NCBI GenBank assembly: GCA_018398765.1
Contig: JAHBMJ010000128.1
Location: forward strand, 1-55,753
Origin: Chromera velia
Lineage: Eukaryota
DNA: 55,753 bases
Direction of reading: 5' to 3'
In this document: positions 1 to 12,131 of the stretch, piece after piece
Position numbering within the stretch: the first letter of the stretch is position 1
Layout of the letters: each line of letters opens with the position of its first letter
Notes under the pieces: generated by a model
What the model saw: the letters and a program-made list of their open reading frames with translations, nothing else
Told to the model about the DNA's origin: nothing
Database searches by the model: none
Translations under genes and position numbers: made by a program

Positions 1-2
1 GC

Positions 3-485
3 TGACGCATCTACTTCCCCCAGTCCCAGAACGACCCTCTCCCACACGTAGTGAGGTCCGAGGAACCCCGTCAGAATGTCCGTCTGGTAAGTAGCGAGCG
101 AGAGGACTCGGTACTTCAACGCGAAGTACTTGAGGCCGTTCGACACGCACAATCTGTAGGACAACCAATTCAATGAATCGTGAAATTCATTGAATTCGTC
201 CTTGCACAAGTCAAAAAAGGCCCGGCCCCTCGTAACCCAGTGCCCTGGGATTTCTTTTGGGGCCTCCCTGGCCCCGTACTCAGGCCTCCGCATTGTCGAC
301 GAGAGCAGATTTTCGAACAAAACAGAGAAAGAGTTGGTCATCTTCGATTGGAGCGAGTCAAACAATTTAAGGACTCCGTCTTTCTTCTCTTCTGGGGGGG
401 CCGACTTTTCTTCCAACGCTAAAATTAGGGCCGTGATGGGTCCCTCATCCGTCTCCATGGCTTCCTCCACACTTTCAGCAGCCAT
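3..485 (-). CDS. Hypothetical protein, 5' part (ORF runs off the left window edge)
   Basis: ATG at 485, first ATG after an upstream in-frame stop. Open for 161 codons to the window edge (MAAESVEEAMETDEGPITALILALEEK...LSYRLCVSNGLKYFALKYRVLSLATYQTDILTGFLGPHYVWERVVLGLGEVDAS). Absent from the ORF track because it has no stop in the window. No family recognised. Confidence 0.5.
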   Translation of the reverse strand, partial: MAAESVEEAMETDEGPITALILALEEKSAPPEEKKDGVLKLFDSLQSKMTNSFSVLFENLLSSTMRRPEYGAREAPKEIPGHWVTRGRAFFDLCKDEFNEFHDSLNWLSYRLCVSNGLKYFALKYRVLSLATYQTDILTGFLGPHYVWERVVLGLGEVDAS

Positions 486-1873
486 GGAGACGGAAGGGAG
501 CGGACACGAATTTTTTTCAAAAAATAAACTGGCAAACAGGAAACTGCTGGTGCATTAGCTATAGTTGAAGTCTGGAGATTCCGTTCCATAGAATTGATGA
601 GAGTGGGATAGCTAAAAAATCCCCCAACTTTCAGCTCTGGAGGGCACTTGGTTGGTTCAGTCGAGTTTTCGGCGGCGAAGTGCCGCTTTGGGGGGGCAAA
701 AAAGAACCTGGCGGGCCCCGGCATGCAAAGGCCGATCTGGCTCCCTCAAACAGCCTAGTGGGAGTCCCAAATCCTGCCTGCAGATACATACCAAGAAGAT
801 AAAGAAGTATGGGAGTTTAGGCAAAGGTGGGCGAGCGCTTGATATGATGCAACGAGGGTCACGGCTAGCTCACGTCTGAGAGGAGACGGAACCTTAAACT
901 CACCAGAAGAAAGACGAAGAGAGCTCCAGTTCTCCCAGTGAGGCAAGCAAGAGCTCAAAAGCTTGCATTGGGGCATGCATGCAGTAGAACAAAACGTCGA
1001 CCTAAGATTGGGAGTAAGACGACCCTCTCGAATTTTACTCACAAAACCTACTTGACAGAACGAGACGGGGAAATAAACCCATGCCCAATAGAAAAGAGAC
1101 GGCTGAGGTTCCACCCAAAGTCTACTACCACACGCGTACATCAAAATCGGATTCCAATCCGATTTTAAATCCCCTTGAAAGCTTTGTGAGCTGCAGTGTG
1201 CGTAGCCGCCGCGGACTATTAATTATTTGGGGGGGCGCGCGGATGCAGGCTTGCACTTGGTCACGCACCGTCATACGTGTAGGCGTAATACATTTTTTCT
1301 ATAGCACTCGCCAACTATGATTCATAAACGCAAAAATGCACTTGCAGAATGTTTAAAACTCTTTGTTTCTACTTTTTAACCACTGTTTACTGCCCAAACA
1401 TGCCTGTGGGATAGGGTTGTTTTGGAGACCGTTTTGGTGTTAGAGACCGTTTTGAAAAATTTTTTCTTAGTCTCCAGATCGCTGCAGATAAGAAAATCCA
1501 GCACTACTGGGAGGATTTCTGCAAATGTCAACACGCTGAAGTGGTTCGGATTCGACATGTTGGAGGTGTCAAAATGGATATCGTGTCAAATGGGAAGTAA
1601 TAGGAAGGTATCTGTGGGTCTTCCATAACAAGTGTGTAGCCCGAAAGACAGGCCGCCTTCAGGTACAGCCAAGGCTCGATAGGGTGACACGGGGCTCCCA
1701 GCAAACATAACAGTTGGTGTACTTTTAAAACTCAGTGCATGTTCCTTATGCACAAGGGTCTGTGCAGACGGGACGTATACAGGGCTATTTGCGAACTGCA
1801 CAACTGTGCATAGTGTAGCTACTGCGCGAGATGGGCTGAGGCCAACCTCAGCTATCATTCATGTGGTAACGAA

Positions 1874-2737
1874 GTGAATCCCGACTGCTGCTGCATTTGT
1901 GAGAGTCCGGACGCTGACATTGTCAACGACGACACCGTAGACCAAATAGCTGAACTTCAAGACACCCTGAATTCTCTTATACCACAGCTCTGCTGCAGAA
2001 AGTGTCAGGAACCCACATGCGACGACTGCAGAGAAGAGGGATGTATAAATTGTTACCCCGACGGCATTAAATTTTGTAATGAGTGTCATAAGGATGAATT
2101 TGGATGCAGCATTGATTCGTCGCCTGACGCGTGTGCAGGGTGCAGCGTGACTCCTAGCCGTCGGCTAAAGAAAAAAAAAAGAAAAAAAGTAAGTGATCAG
2201 AGAAAATTTTTTTTTTCTTTCTTTTTTACTTTTTTACCCTAAACAACACTTAACAACAGTTGTGCAACACCTGAACAACACTTGTGCAACACTTGAACAA
2301 CAGTTGTTTGACTGAAAAAGAAAAAAAAAAGAAAAAAAGTAAAGGGTTTTGGGGGATCTTTTTTTTTTTTTCTTTAGCTGACGTCTAGCGTAACTCTCTG
2401 TTCCGAATGCCTAGAGTACGCTAGGGAGTATGGAGATCTCCCGTGTGAAGCATGTGATATGGAACCACTCTGTCCTGACTGTGCAGAACAGCACAGAGAG
2501 GACCTGGAGAAAAAGTTAGAGGATGAGGGCCTCGAAATTGAACCTCACCCAGTCTACTGCTGGGTATACGCCGACGGTCCCTATTGCTGGTGGTACAGAG
2601 ATGATTTTCTCAAGGAGTGCTGCAGATGCAAACACATGAAATGCAGGGAGTGCATTATGAGGTTGGCGAGAGATCCGGCCCTTTGTGGAAATGGCCCTCC
2701 TCTTTCTTCTCGTGGTTTTTTCTTCGGAAATTCTTGA
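1874..2737 (+). CDS. Small cysteine-rich (multiple CxxC) protein, probably two exons; may be a pseudogene or TE cargo
   Basis: ORF 1874-2242 has CRKC, CDDC, CINC, CNEC, CAGC. After a possible intron (GTAAG at 2189, pyrimidine tract plus AG at 2378) the sequence reads LTSSVTLCSECLEYAREYGDLPCEACDMEPLCPDCAE...CCRCKHMKCREC. Start codon and splice phase not established. Confidence 0.4.
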
Positions 2738-3529
2738 GACTATAGTCTCATCTAGTCTCATATATAGTTACACGGATGTAGGTATGGATCGACTCACCAT
2801 GCACTGTGTAGCACTGAGCAACTATGCAGTACCATGCAGCGTCTTGTAATTAACTCTTTCTGTTACGTACTCATCGATCATAATTCACAAGAAATTGACT
2901 CCCAAAGCTAGTGTCAAAGTTTCATCAAAATCAGTAATTCAGAAATTATTTAGAATCAGAATTTAAAATAATTTCAAATAAATCTAGAAAACGATATGAA
3001 TTACTCTAAACTTAAACTTTTGTAAAATATTTTAAATCGAATTACCTAGGTACGTACAGACAACGCCGGACTACGTTGGACTGTATAGGGTAGTTTAAGG
3101 TGAAATTTCAGCTAAAGTTAGCACTGGCACGTTAACTAACCTTAATATATTATCTTTCCACTAACTTTTCTATCGAGATAAAAAAAAAAATAACTAGGAA
3201 AATAAATTTTTAAATTAATTCTTATGGATATAAAACTAAACTACATAAAAAAATAGCTAGAAAAATATGTGGATCGCCTGATAGTTTTGTGTATCAAATT
3301 ATATAAAAGTACCACTGACATGCATTAACATGCATACATCTAAGCATACATGATATGCAGATTTTATTAATGTCTAGGCCAATGTGGACCACAACCTAGA
3401 CCACAGCCTAATAATTTATAATAGCATACAGAATAGTTTATCTTTTGCGTTTGCGATTTGAACCCCTTTTCTGTATGACCACGTCTATTCGATCAATAAT
3501 ACCAAAAGTTTAATTGACGTGGAAGATGC

Positions 3530-4490
3530 TCACAAAAAAGGCCCTTTCCCGGAAATGTCACAAACAAGGAGATTTGGCTCTGATGTTCTCAATGGCATCA
3601 ACGGTTTACGGATCTCCTGCAGCACCTGAGGGGGGAGACAGTTCGGGTTCAGTGGGCCCCCAGCATGAACGGTTTGCTGGCAGTCTCCAGGCACCTGCAG
3701 CGCCTTGATATACAATCCAAGCTCGAAAAGAAGCTCCTTCAGGTCATGCAAAAATTCCCCGTCTCTCAAAACGTCTCTGTCTCCTTTATTCAGAGCATCA
3801 ACTTGCAATTCCGAATCCCCAGATCTCTGAAATGCTTCAAAAAGACTCCCCATCGACGCCACCAGAGTCTCCCATCTTTCTGTCGTCTTCCCCTCGTCCG
3901 CAACGTCTACTGACTCCGCAGAGACACAACAGTCTCCCCCACTCCTTAAAGAGAGTGGACAAGCCCAAACAGTACGCGACGTCGCTGAAGCTCTGGGATG
4001 ACCATCTCCATTCCCTCCTCTCCCTAATTCCTTCTCCCTCTCTTCCACTGCTCGCGCCTCCACACCCTCAGAGGACCACACAGAGAGCCTGCCACGATCC
4101 ACTCGACCCTCTTTGTCCTGAAGGAGCAAAACTGTCTGCACGCACAAGGCCATCATTTGCACATACAAATGGAGAGTGGGGTGACCGCAGGATGAAGTCA
4201 AACCAAGAATATCTGATTGGCACAAAGCCCTGCCCCAAACGATCTAAACGCCAACTCAGCATGCAGAAAGAACACCGATAGATCGACAAAGGAAACGGAG
4301 ATACACTAAAAGAAACTCACGTTGGAATAGATACGATATTCGAAATACCGAAGCAGAAAGTTAGTGACGGGCCGCCCTCTGACCCGATCTAATTCCAGTC
4401 AGGAAGAAAAGCATACAACATTCTGGCATCATCTCCCTTCCTTCCTCCCATCTGGACAGACAGACAGACAGACAGACAGACGGACGGACG

Positions 4491-4525
<35 letters not shown>

Positions 4526-4534
4526 GGACGGACG

Positions 4535-4570
<36 letters not shown>

Positions 4571-4646
4571 CAGACGGACGGACGGACGGACGGACGGACA
4601 GACAGACAGACAGACAGACACAGACGAACGGACGGACGGACGGACG

Positions 4647-4678
<32 letters not shown>

Positions 4679-4694
4679 GACGGACGGACGGACG

Positions 4695-4725
<31 letters not shown>

Positions 4726-4768
4726 CATATGTTTCTTCTTCTTCTCCCTCCTTTTCTTCATGAACACA

Positions 4769-4806
<38 letters not shown>

Positions 4807-6210
4807 AGCAACCACACGTGGAGACAAAAAGTCTGTCGTCTCGAAACGCAAACTCTCACACCGGAACGAATGCATCATGGATCTATTTGGCAGTGTCCCG
4901 ATACACTCACTCACTCATTCACTGAGTTCCCATGCAAGAATGCATTCTTTTCAAGCAAGCACTCCTCAAGTTCTGTCTGTTACCGATGCATCGACGTACC
5001 GTCACGACATCTCGCGCACTCCAAAAGCACTCACAAGCGCTCTGCAGCACAGCCGTTACCCCCTCTGCCCTCCTCCCCGGAATCACACGTCCCTCCTCTA
5101 GCCTGGAGCTGCCCCCCCCCGCCGCTTTCGATTCCCCCCGAAGAGTCACACAGAGACCCGACAGAGCCTCCCCAAGAGAATTCAGAACACACGAAACCAC
5201 AGAGGCCTCTTCCCTCTCCACCGACCCTCCCACCCCCGGACCAGACAAAGAAAATCCAAGAGCCTCCCTCATCCAACCCTCCCGAGAGTCCCAAAAGTCA
5301 TTCGGAATTCCTCCAGACACACACGAACGACGAAGCGCACCGCATGTCAACGAAAAAAGGGGAGCGCTCAATGGGAACACCCAAAGAGGATCGCCATCAA
5401 CATCAGGTTCTGCACCCTGCACCCCCCCACCCTGCCAGAACGTTTCGTCCTCTTCTTCCTTCATTTCACTCGCTTGCTTCTGCGGTTTGCAAGGAGCAAT
5501 GATCAATAACCGATTTCCAGGAGGCAGCCGCAGAACTAGCGGTTGGGGTGCCACAAAGTCGAGAGGGTTCACACGGGCGGGCCCTCCTCCGCTTCCCGGA
5601 GCATGCCGGGGCCCTCCTGTCGACGCCACTACCCGAGTGACGACGTGGATCTTTTCCAGTGCAGCCATCAAGCGAGGAAAACTGGAGACCAACGAAATTG
5701 ACGGCACATCCGCAGCCACAAGCCCTCCCTCTGAAAAGGAGACACCGCCTCCGTCCGTCCCCCCTACTGTTCCAACAAAATGCCTACCGCACTCTGCTTC
5801 TTCATCCACTTCCTCCAAGTGATCTCCCAACGTAGAACGATCAAACCACACTCCCTCCTGGCCGCTCTCACGTGCTCTGGTTGCTGCTGCAAGAACGTGA
5901 CGAAGCAACGCTGCCCCTCTCTCACCCGTAACGCCACTCACACCCCCAGCCTCCTCTGCCTCTGCTCCCCCCTGATTCTCAAACCCCCGACTTTTCAACA
6001 GACGTGCCAGAGTCGTCACAACAGAAGGCACACTGAGGGGCACACTGCCTGCCACCGTCTCCCCTCGTGGTCCTTCCCTCCCCTGCCTGGTACCCTCACT
6101 GCTGCTACACCCTCTGAGGGTCGAGGAGACGTGCACCCCTCCCAGAAGGAGTCCGGAGAGGCCCAGGGTTTCCCTCAGAGGGGAGGTCAGGAGGAGGACG
6201 GACACCGCCT
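3530..6210 (-). CDS. Hypothetical protein, multi-exon (possibly the 3' half of the P-loop gene at 6759-9159)
   Basis: Long protein-like ORFs 4919-6388 and 3530-4225 on the same strand, separated by a GACA/GACG microsatellite intron. Candidate acceptor TGCAG near 6209. Exon boundaries approximate; no family recognised. Confidence 0.5.
4455..4803. repeat. Compound (GACA)n/(GACG)n tetranucleotide microsatellite, intronic
   Basis: Directly visible alternating runs of gaca and gacg. It produces the spurious TDRQ and SVCL ORFs. Confidence 0.95.
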
Positions 6211-6758
6211 GCATGACACGACATAGAGGCAGCACGCAAACCAGACACAAGGCCAGAAGGAGCACCTCAGAACCGACACGTAGTGCAACATTCTGAAATT
6301 CTATTAATATTAGGGAAAGGAGAAGGGACAGCACGGGACGAAAAAAGAACATGAGATGCAGATTCCAGCAAGGGTGCCGCCGCGTCATCTGATCAAGTCA
6401 GCTTGGGTCTCTCTGTCGGTCCAATGAATGGGCAAGGAAACAGAAAAAAAGTGCCATGTCCCTTGACAAACGAATTTATTTCTCTTCTGGAATCCTCGTA
6501 ATGCATTTTGTAATCACATGCACAGCGACAAGCAAAAAGTCGAGAAGGGAATCACTCTTTCTCTACGCAGCTACCTGTTTTCAACCCCTAAACTCCATGC
6601 ACTCACTCACTCCGCTCTTCGCTGTGAATCTCCACACCCCCATACCCCCTTCTTGAGCTAGTGACTACTACAAGAACAAGAAGAAGAATACGAAGCGGGA
6701 AAAGAAGAACAGCATCAAAATGGCCAAGGTAAAAAGGTCCCCTCCCACCTTAAGAAAC

Positions 6759-9159
6759 CTGAAGGGTGCGCTCTCCTCAAGTTTTTTCAATTCTTCCCTC
6801 TCCCCCCTGCCCTCTTCTCCCGACGCTCCCACGTCCTCCTCGAATGGATCCATCCTCACGTCGTCCGCACATGATGCACTTACTTGCACCATCGTGTCGC
6901 CCTCCCCGTTCTTTTCTTTCAAACAGGAACCTCCAGATTCGTCCTCTGCGAGTTCTCTTAACTTCTCAACTGAGCTGATCAGATCTCTCACACTAAACGA
7001 AGTGGAAGAACCGGGAGAGGAGCTCTTCTCTCCCTGTGCGTCTCTCTCCCCTTCCTTCACTGCATCGTCTATCTGACTGCAGAGAATCTCAAAGGACCCA
7101 TGCCAGTCGAACCCCTCCTCCCCTCTCCCCCCTTCCTGTGTTCCCTCCTGCATCTTCCTCAAAGGAGAGGAGGAACCGGAAGTACCAGAAGAGCAAGGTG
7201 GTTGCATCACAGCATCCTCACCACAACCCTTCTCTCTATCCACCTCAGAGCCCCCCGCCTCCACACGCCAGTTGCTTGCAGGAAGGCGAGAGCAATACAC
7301 AAACACCTTGGTTGATTCGGATTCGGCACTCACTTCCCCTTCCCCACCATTCTCTCTCCTCCCCAATCCCGAAGGATGACCTCCCGCCGCCCTCCCACTC
7401 ATCTGCCGGGAGATGAATTCCAGACGGCTGATCAGAAGGAACAGGGCGTCTCCATTCAAAGTCCATGCTGAACTTTTCGAACAGTACGAAAAGAAGGTAC
7501 TGCAGTTGACGAAGTAAACGACCTTACAAGCGTGGCTTAACAAACGCATGGAGGAACGCAGAACATTCGACAAGTGGTCCGTCCACCAGTCACCCCCCCC
7601 TTCCCCTCCCATCTGCTTCCTCTCACTATTCTCGTTTCCAGCCATCCCCGCTGAAGGCCGTTCTTCAGTCTGATTGTCGCCGGTCAAAAGACGCCCCTGT
7701 GAGAACTCCATGAGACGGTCTAGGTGATCGCCCCCTATCTCGCAAAAGTGCAGACACACGAACCGGGCAGAGTCAGAAACCAGTCCCCCCTCGCCCGACA
7801 CCCCCGCCATGTGCACAGGCTCCATGGGCACATCTAATTCTTCATCAGCCCCAACAGGCCTGTCCCCTTCCTCCCCCTCCTGAATGCCGAATTCGAGGCA
7901 GAAGAAGCGAAAGTCATCGGCCGACAGCGTCACCAGACCTCTGCATGCAGGAAGCCAGCGAACACAACGGAAGGAAGGAAGAGGGGTTTCACAACTGGGA
8001 GGAAACAGGGAAAGAGGAAAGTGATCCTAGAGAGGAGGGAAGATGCTGACACTGGGCGGAGTAAACTGGTTTGTGTTTGCGTACCCTTTGTCTTGCAACC
8101 CCCCTCACTATCCCCCCTTCCCCTCCCCCACACACTCCGATCTCATCTAACCGGACCTTGCAACGTCGGTGTCCAGGAAAGGGAGTTCGTCACGCGCTTC
8201 CACAAGGAGACTCTCTAAGGCCGCATCCTTCTCTGTCTCCTCCATCTCCTCCTCGAGAGCCTTTGCAGCTCTATGAGAAGAAGGGCGCGTTCTGAGGAGG
8301 CGGCAGTTGACGAAGGAGGACGAGAGAATGGGAAGGAAGGAGCAGAGCTGAGTGAAGGTCTCGTTCCTCTGGTCACAGAAGGCGTGGAGAAGGGTCGACC
8401 TGCACTCATTCACTCACACACATGCACACTCACATAGATATCATGTCGGCCTATATGTCGGTCTCTCGATCCCATTGTAACGAATTCTCTAATCACGAGA
8501 GAGGGGACTCGTGACGGAGCAAGTTGGAAGTCGAAGAAGGCACTGAGGGATTCCTCCAATGAAGTTAGTTGTCTTCTGTCGGTTGCGTGCGTCAAACGAG
8601 CGGCTTTTGTGTTCTCTCATCTCACATACATCAGAGAATCCAGCACACACTCACGGCAGAATTCTTCGCGAGAGGAAAGAGAGATTCATGAGCACTCCCA
8701 TAGATCATTTCAGATACATGGGCTGGGAGAAAGGATTGCTCTAGATTGTCCAGGGCACTCAGCAACACGACAAGAGAAGCAAGGCCAAAGTCCAAACGGA
8801 GGAAGGAGGGTCCTTACGGAGTCAGACCCAGGTCAAAAAGAGGACAAAGGGCACTCCTTGATCAAGGGCAGAAAGAGGAGAAAGGAACCATTTACCCAGG
8901 CATGCGGAAAACAAAAAAGAAAGGGAAAGGGGAAGGGAAAAAGAAAGAAAAAGAAACGGAGAGAGAAAGAGAAAACCATGACGGTAAAGAGGAAGTTGTA
9001 GAAACAGAGAAAGAAAAAATACCCCAGAACCAGTAAGCTGACTTTCCAGCGTTTTGATCCCCAGTCAGGAGGAAGGAAAACATCTGCACCTCATCGCTGC
9101 CACTTAAAGGCTCCGCAAGGGCTCCCGAGAAGTCGACCTCGTCTAGTTCCTCGTGACAT
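6759..9159 (-). CDS. Atypical P-loop NTPase / small-GTPase-like protein (exons ~9159-9043, 8399-8157, 7940-6759)
   Basis: GT-AG splicing 9043->8399 reconstitutes FSFLLTGDQNAGK|STLLHAF (beta strand plus Walker A GxxxxGKST). Splicing 8157->7940 gives ELPFLDTDVAR|GLVTL. Downstream FVCLHFCEIGGDHLD resembles a variant G3 box, and VVYFVN the following strand. Start exon and 3' end unresolved. Confidence 0.6.
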
Positions 9160-10236
9160 CTGCACGGCCGGTGAAGTGATGGAATCAGTTTAGGTCGAGA
9201 AGCAATGAAATGAGCTGGAGGGCATTCGAGCGAACAACTGACCGAACAAAAGGAACGTCAGCTTAGGCTCAAGGGCACCGAACGATAACAGTTTTTTCCC
9301 TTTTCACTTTTAGATTTCTCTCTTTTCCCCTTTTTTCGGATGTGCGTCTTTCTAGACGCTCACCGGACTCAAACTCCCATTTGAGACTGACCTGTCAGCG
9401 TGTCGGAAGGACCACCGCTGTTCGATTCCGTAATCCGTGCGGAAGAGAGGAATGTCCATTGCCAACGAAACCAAAATGCAGATCGAGAGTTTTGTGTCAA
9501 CCTGAACGTCGCGTTCAGTTTTCTTTCTGCACCCGGCGCTCAGAGCCTGTCGGGGGCAGAGCGCTCACTGAAAAGATGTTTCCCGACAGCGAACCTGATC
9601 CAAGAGCTGGGCAGTTTTTTCACTTGTCGGGCGGCTAAACTTAGTTCCAGGCCCAAATCATATGCGCCGTCTACATGCACGCTTCCATGCACGCGTCTCT
9701 TCTTGTAGGCACGCCACCCGAAGGTTTTGAAAGGCTCGACAGGAACAAAAACATTCCAGCTGGAAAGCACCGCTAAGTTTGCTTCGCATGCAGGAGGCAC
9801 GTATAGGATCGATCCTGGACCAGCAACAATTAATTGGCAAGGCAGCAATGGCCCATGTTTTTCCTTCCAGCTGATGTTGCTGATCGGACAAGGCAGTCCG
9901 TCTCCGTCTCCCGTGCGCCGCGGCCCGCGGGCGTGCCGCGCTGCATTGGGCGGCGAGGGGCGGCATCCGGATGCATCCGAGCTAGATTTTGCAGTGATCG
10001 ATTGGTCCGACGAATCGGCGACGATGTGCGTCGATCGAGGGTGAGAGGGATCAGATGAAGATGCCGGTTGTCACCTGTTTGTGCAACGTACAACTGTCTA
10101 CTCTCCTGGGCGTACACTTTCGCAGTACTCCTCCTGGCTTGCTGCGTCGATCAAACTGAAATTACTGTGTTGTTGGATCCACTGGAATTTTCTCGAGAGA
10201 GGCTCCCTTTTGCGGTGAGGAAGGCCGGGGGCATTG

Positions 10237-10920
10237 ATGGCCAACTTCCAGCAGGTCCTGGCGGTTGCCGTTCTTTCCCTTCTCGCCTACAGACTCGTCC
10301 GTGACCTGGCATCGACTCCTCAGGAGGGAAAGCCGATGGCCGGAGACGGGGAGGGAGGAGGGGGAGTGGGGTCGATGCTCAAGTCGTTGACGGAAAGCGA
10401 TTACGTGCAGCATTTCTTTGAGGCACGGAATCCGCTTCCTCCGAATGTTGGGCCAAAGACTGTGACTGTTCAATTCTGTACTTCCTGAGGGTTCAGGGGA
10501 GCTGCTGTGCAAGTGGAGCAAATCATAAAAAATCGTTCGTTGGAAAATGTTGAAGTGATTTTGAAATCTTACCTTCCGTCTCCTTTCCGCGTCACCATTT
10601 CGTACCTCATCAGTGCCATCCAATTGGTGGCTTTTGCCGCCATCTTTGCCGGGAATCACTTGGTGAACCTTTTCGGTCTTCCACCGTCTCCTTTTCTTGC
10701 CATGTTGGGTGAGAACAAGATGACTTATTTCATCATGGTCATGTTCGGAGGAAACTTTGTGAACACCCAGATGATGACCACCCACGCATTCGAGATCTTC
10801 ATAGGCCGTGACAAGGTCTGGTCGACCCTCGAGAAAGGACGAATGCCTCAGCAGCTGGACATCGTCAGAGCCCTCTCGGAGCACAAGGACGGCTTCGAGT
10901 TCATTCCTGTTAGGGAGTAG
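10237..10920 (+). CDS. SELENOT: Selenoprotein T-like (SelT/Rdx thioredoxin-like fold), 227 aa, Sec at codon 84 (TGA 10486-10488)
   Basis: ORFs 10234-10488 and 10507-10920 are in the same frame, separated only by TGA: ...TVTVQFCTS-U-GFRGAAVQVEQ... (CxxU motif). It has an N-terminal signal/anchor, two hydrophobic segments, and a C-terminus AFEIFIGRDKVWSTLEKGRMPQQLDIV matching the SelT GAFEI...VWSKL..G..P pattern. Confidence 0.92.
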
Positions 10921-11290
10921 ACGGACAGACAGACGCAGAGAGAAAGAGACAGAAACGGAGACGAGGTCCAAGATCAGACAGACAGACGGACGGACGGACG
11001 GACAGACAGACAGACAGAGAAAAAAAAAAAACGAAAGAACGGAAGGAATGAAGCACAGAAACAAAAAGAGTACACAAAGCAAGAAACCGACTGGGGACCC
11101 AGATGTTCACACCAAAAGAATTCTCTTCCTCAACGATGACTCTTGTACCCCTTCCCCCCCCCACCCCCTCTATCCGTAGAATCACTTCAACCAGCAAAAA
11201 GAGAAGAATGATCAACCAACCGAAGAAAAAAGCTCCTCTCAGCACACCACAGCACAGCAGCTTCCCTGCCCAACAGGAAGCCCCTCAGAA

Positions 11291-11397
11291 GTGAGGGAGG
11301 GACTTGGAGAAAAGACCTGTCTGACCTTTTTGAAAGGGAAGAAGACGGGTCCGACGGCCTGCCTGCGTGTCCGGACGCCTTCAAGTCCATTCATGAA
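11291..11397 (+). promoter_or_regulatory. Candidate SECIS element in the SelT 3' UTR
   Basis: GTGA at 11291; helix GGACTTGGAG (11300-11309) pairing with CTTCAAGTCC (11379-11388); unpaired AAAA at 11310-11313; upper stem GACCTGTCT/AGACGGGTC; 3' TGAA at 11394-11397. Apical region longer than canonical. Folded by eye only. Confidence 0.4.
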
Positions 11398-12025
11398 TGA
11401 ATGAAAGAATGAGAAGAGATCAGAGAGCTGCACCCATGCAGTACCGACAAAACGAAGAGCTCGACCGTAAAGGGGATCAATCTCTCCGGGGTCCTGCTCT
11501 GATTTCGCAGTCTGACTCATATTGGTTTTCGGTCTTTGCTTCTCTCACCCCCCCACCCAGGCAGCTTCTGGCCAGCCGTTGTTGAGGAGGGGTACAGAGT
11601 AGGGAGGAGGGAATGAAGACCTGGAGGGCCGAAGTCAGGGCCGGTTCCATGCGCGCTCTTGAAGTCTCACATGCAATACTTAATTGAATGTTAGAGTTGA
11701 ATGTTCAATTTGTTTTCAAAACCCAGCCGGCATCGATTTAGGCCGACATACAACACATTTTAAGCTGTATAACGGTGTAAGCCTACCCCTGGCAGTAGAC
11801 CGCGGAGGACCCCGGAACATAAATCCTAATTCTAATCCGGTATACAGCTGTTTTACATTCAAAATTAGAACTTTGAGTTTTCTTTTTACCATTTTTTAAA
11901 TAAGTAGTATATAAAATTCAAAGTTTTAAGTAATTTTTTTAAATAAAAAATATAATTGGCCGGTATAGATTAGTGAAAATAGCTAACTATCATGCATATT
12001 CAATGCTAGATTCAATGCCACATTG

Positions 12026-12131
12026 ACATGCAGGATTTTACTAAGGCATATAGCGCTAGCAAATCTAGTAAAAATAGTTATTATTTTTATGATTTGTCTC
12101 ATTTTTGCCAGGGGGCCAGTATTGCCAAATG
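12026..12131 (+). repeat. Left copy of ~105-bp direct repeat (putative target-site duplication of the LINE)
   Basis: Matches 18741-18845 with 4 substitutions and 1 indel; abuts the LINE (TCAT)n tail. Confidence 0.85.

Noticed and set aside
4361..5101. TDRQ/SVCL repeat ORFs (also the HT/CV ORFs at 42480-44223)
   Set aside because: Translations of microsatellites, not proteins.
11612..11670. Alternative SECIS starting at ATGAAGACC
   Set aside because: The helix is weak and no 3' GA is positioned to complete the core.
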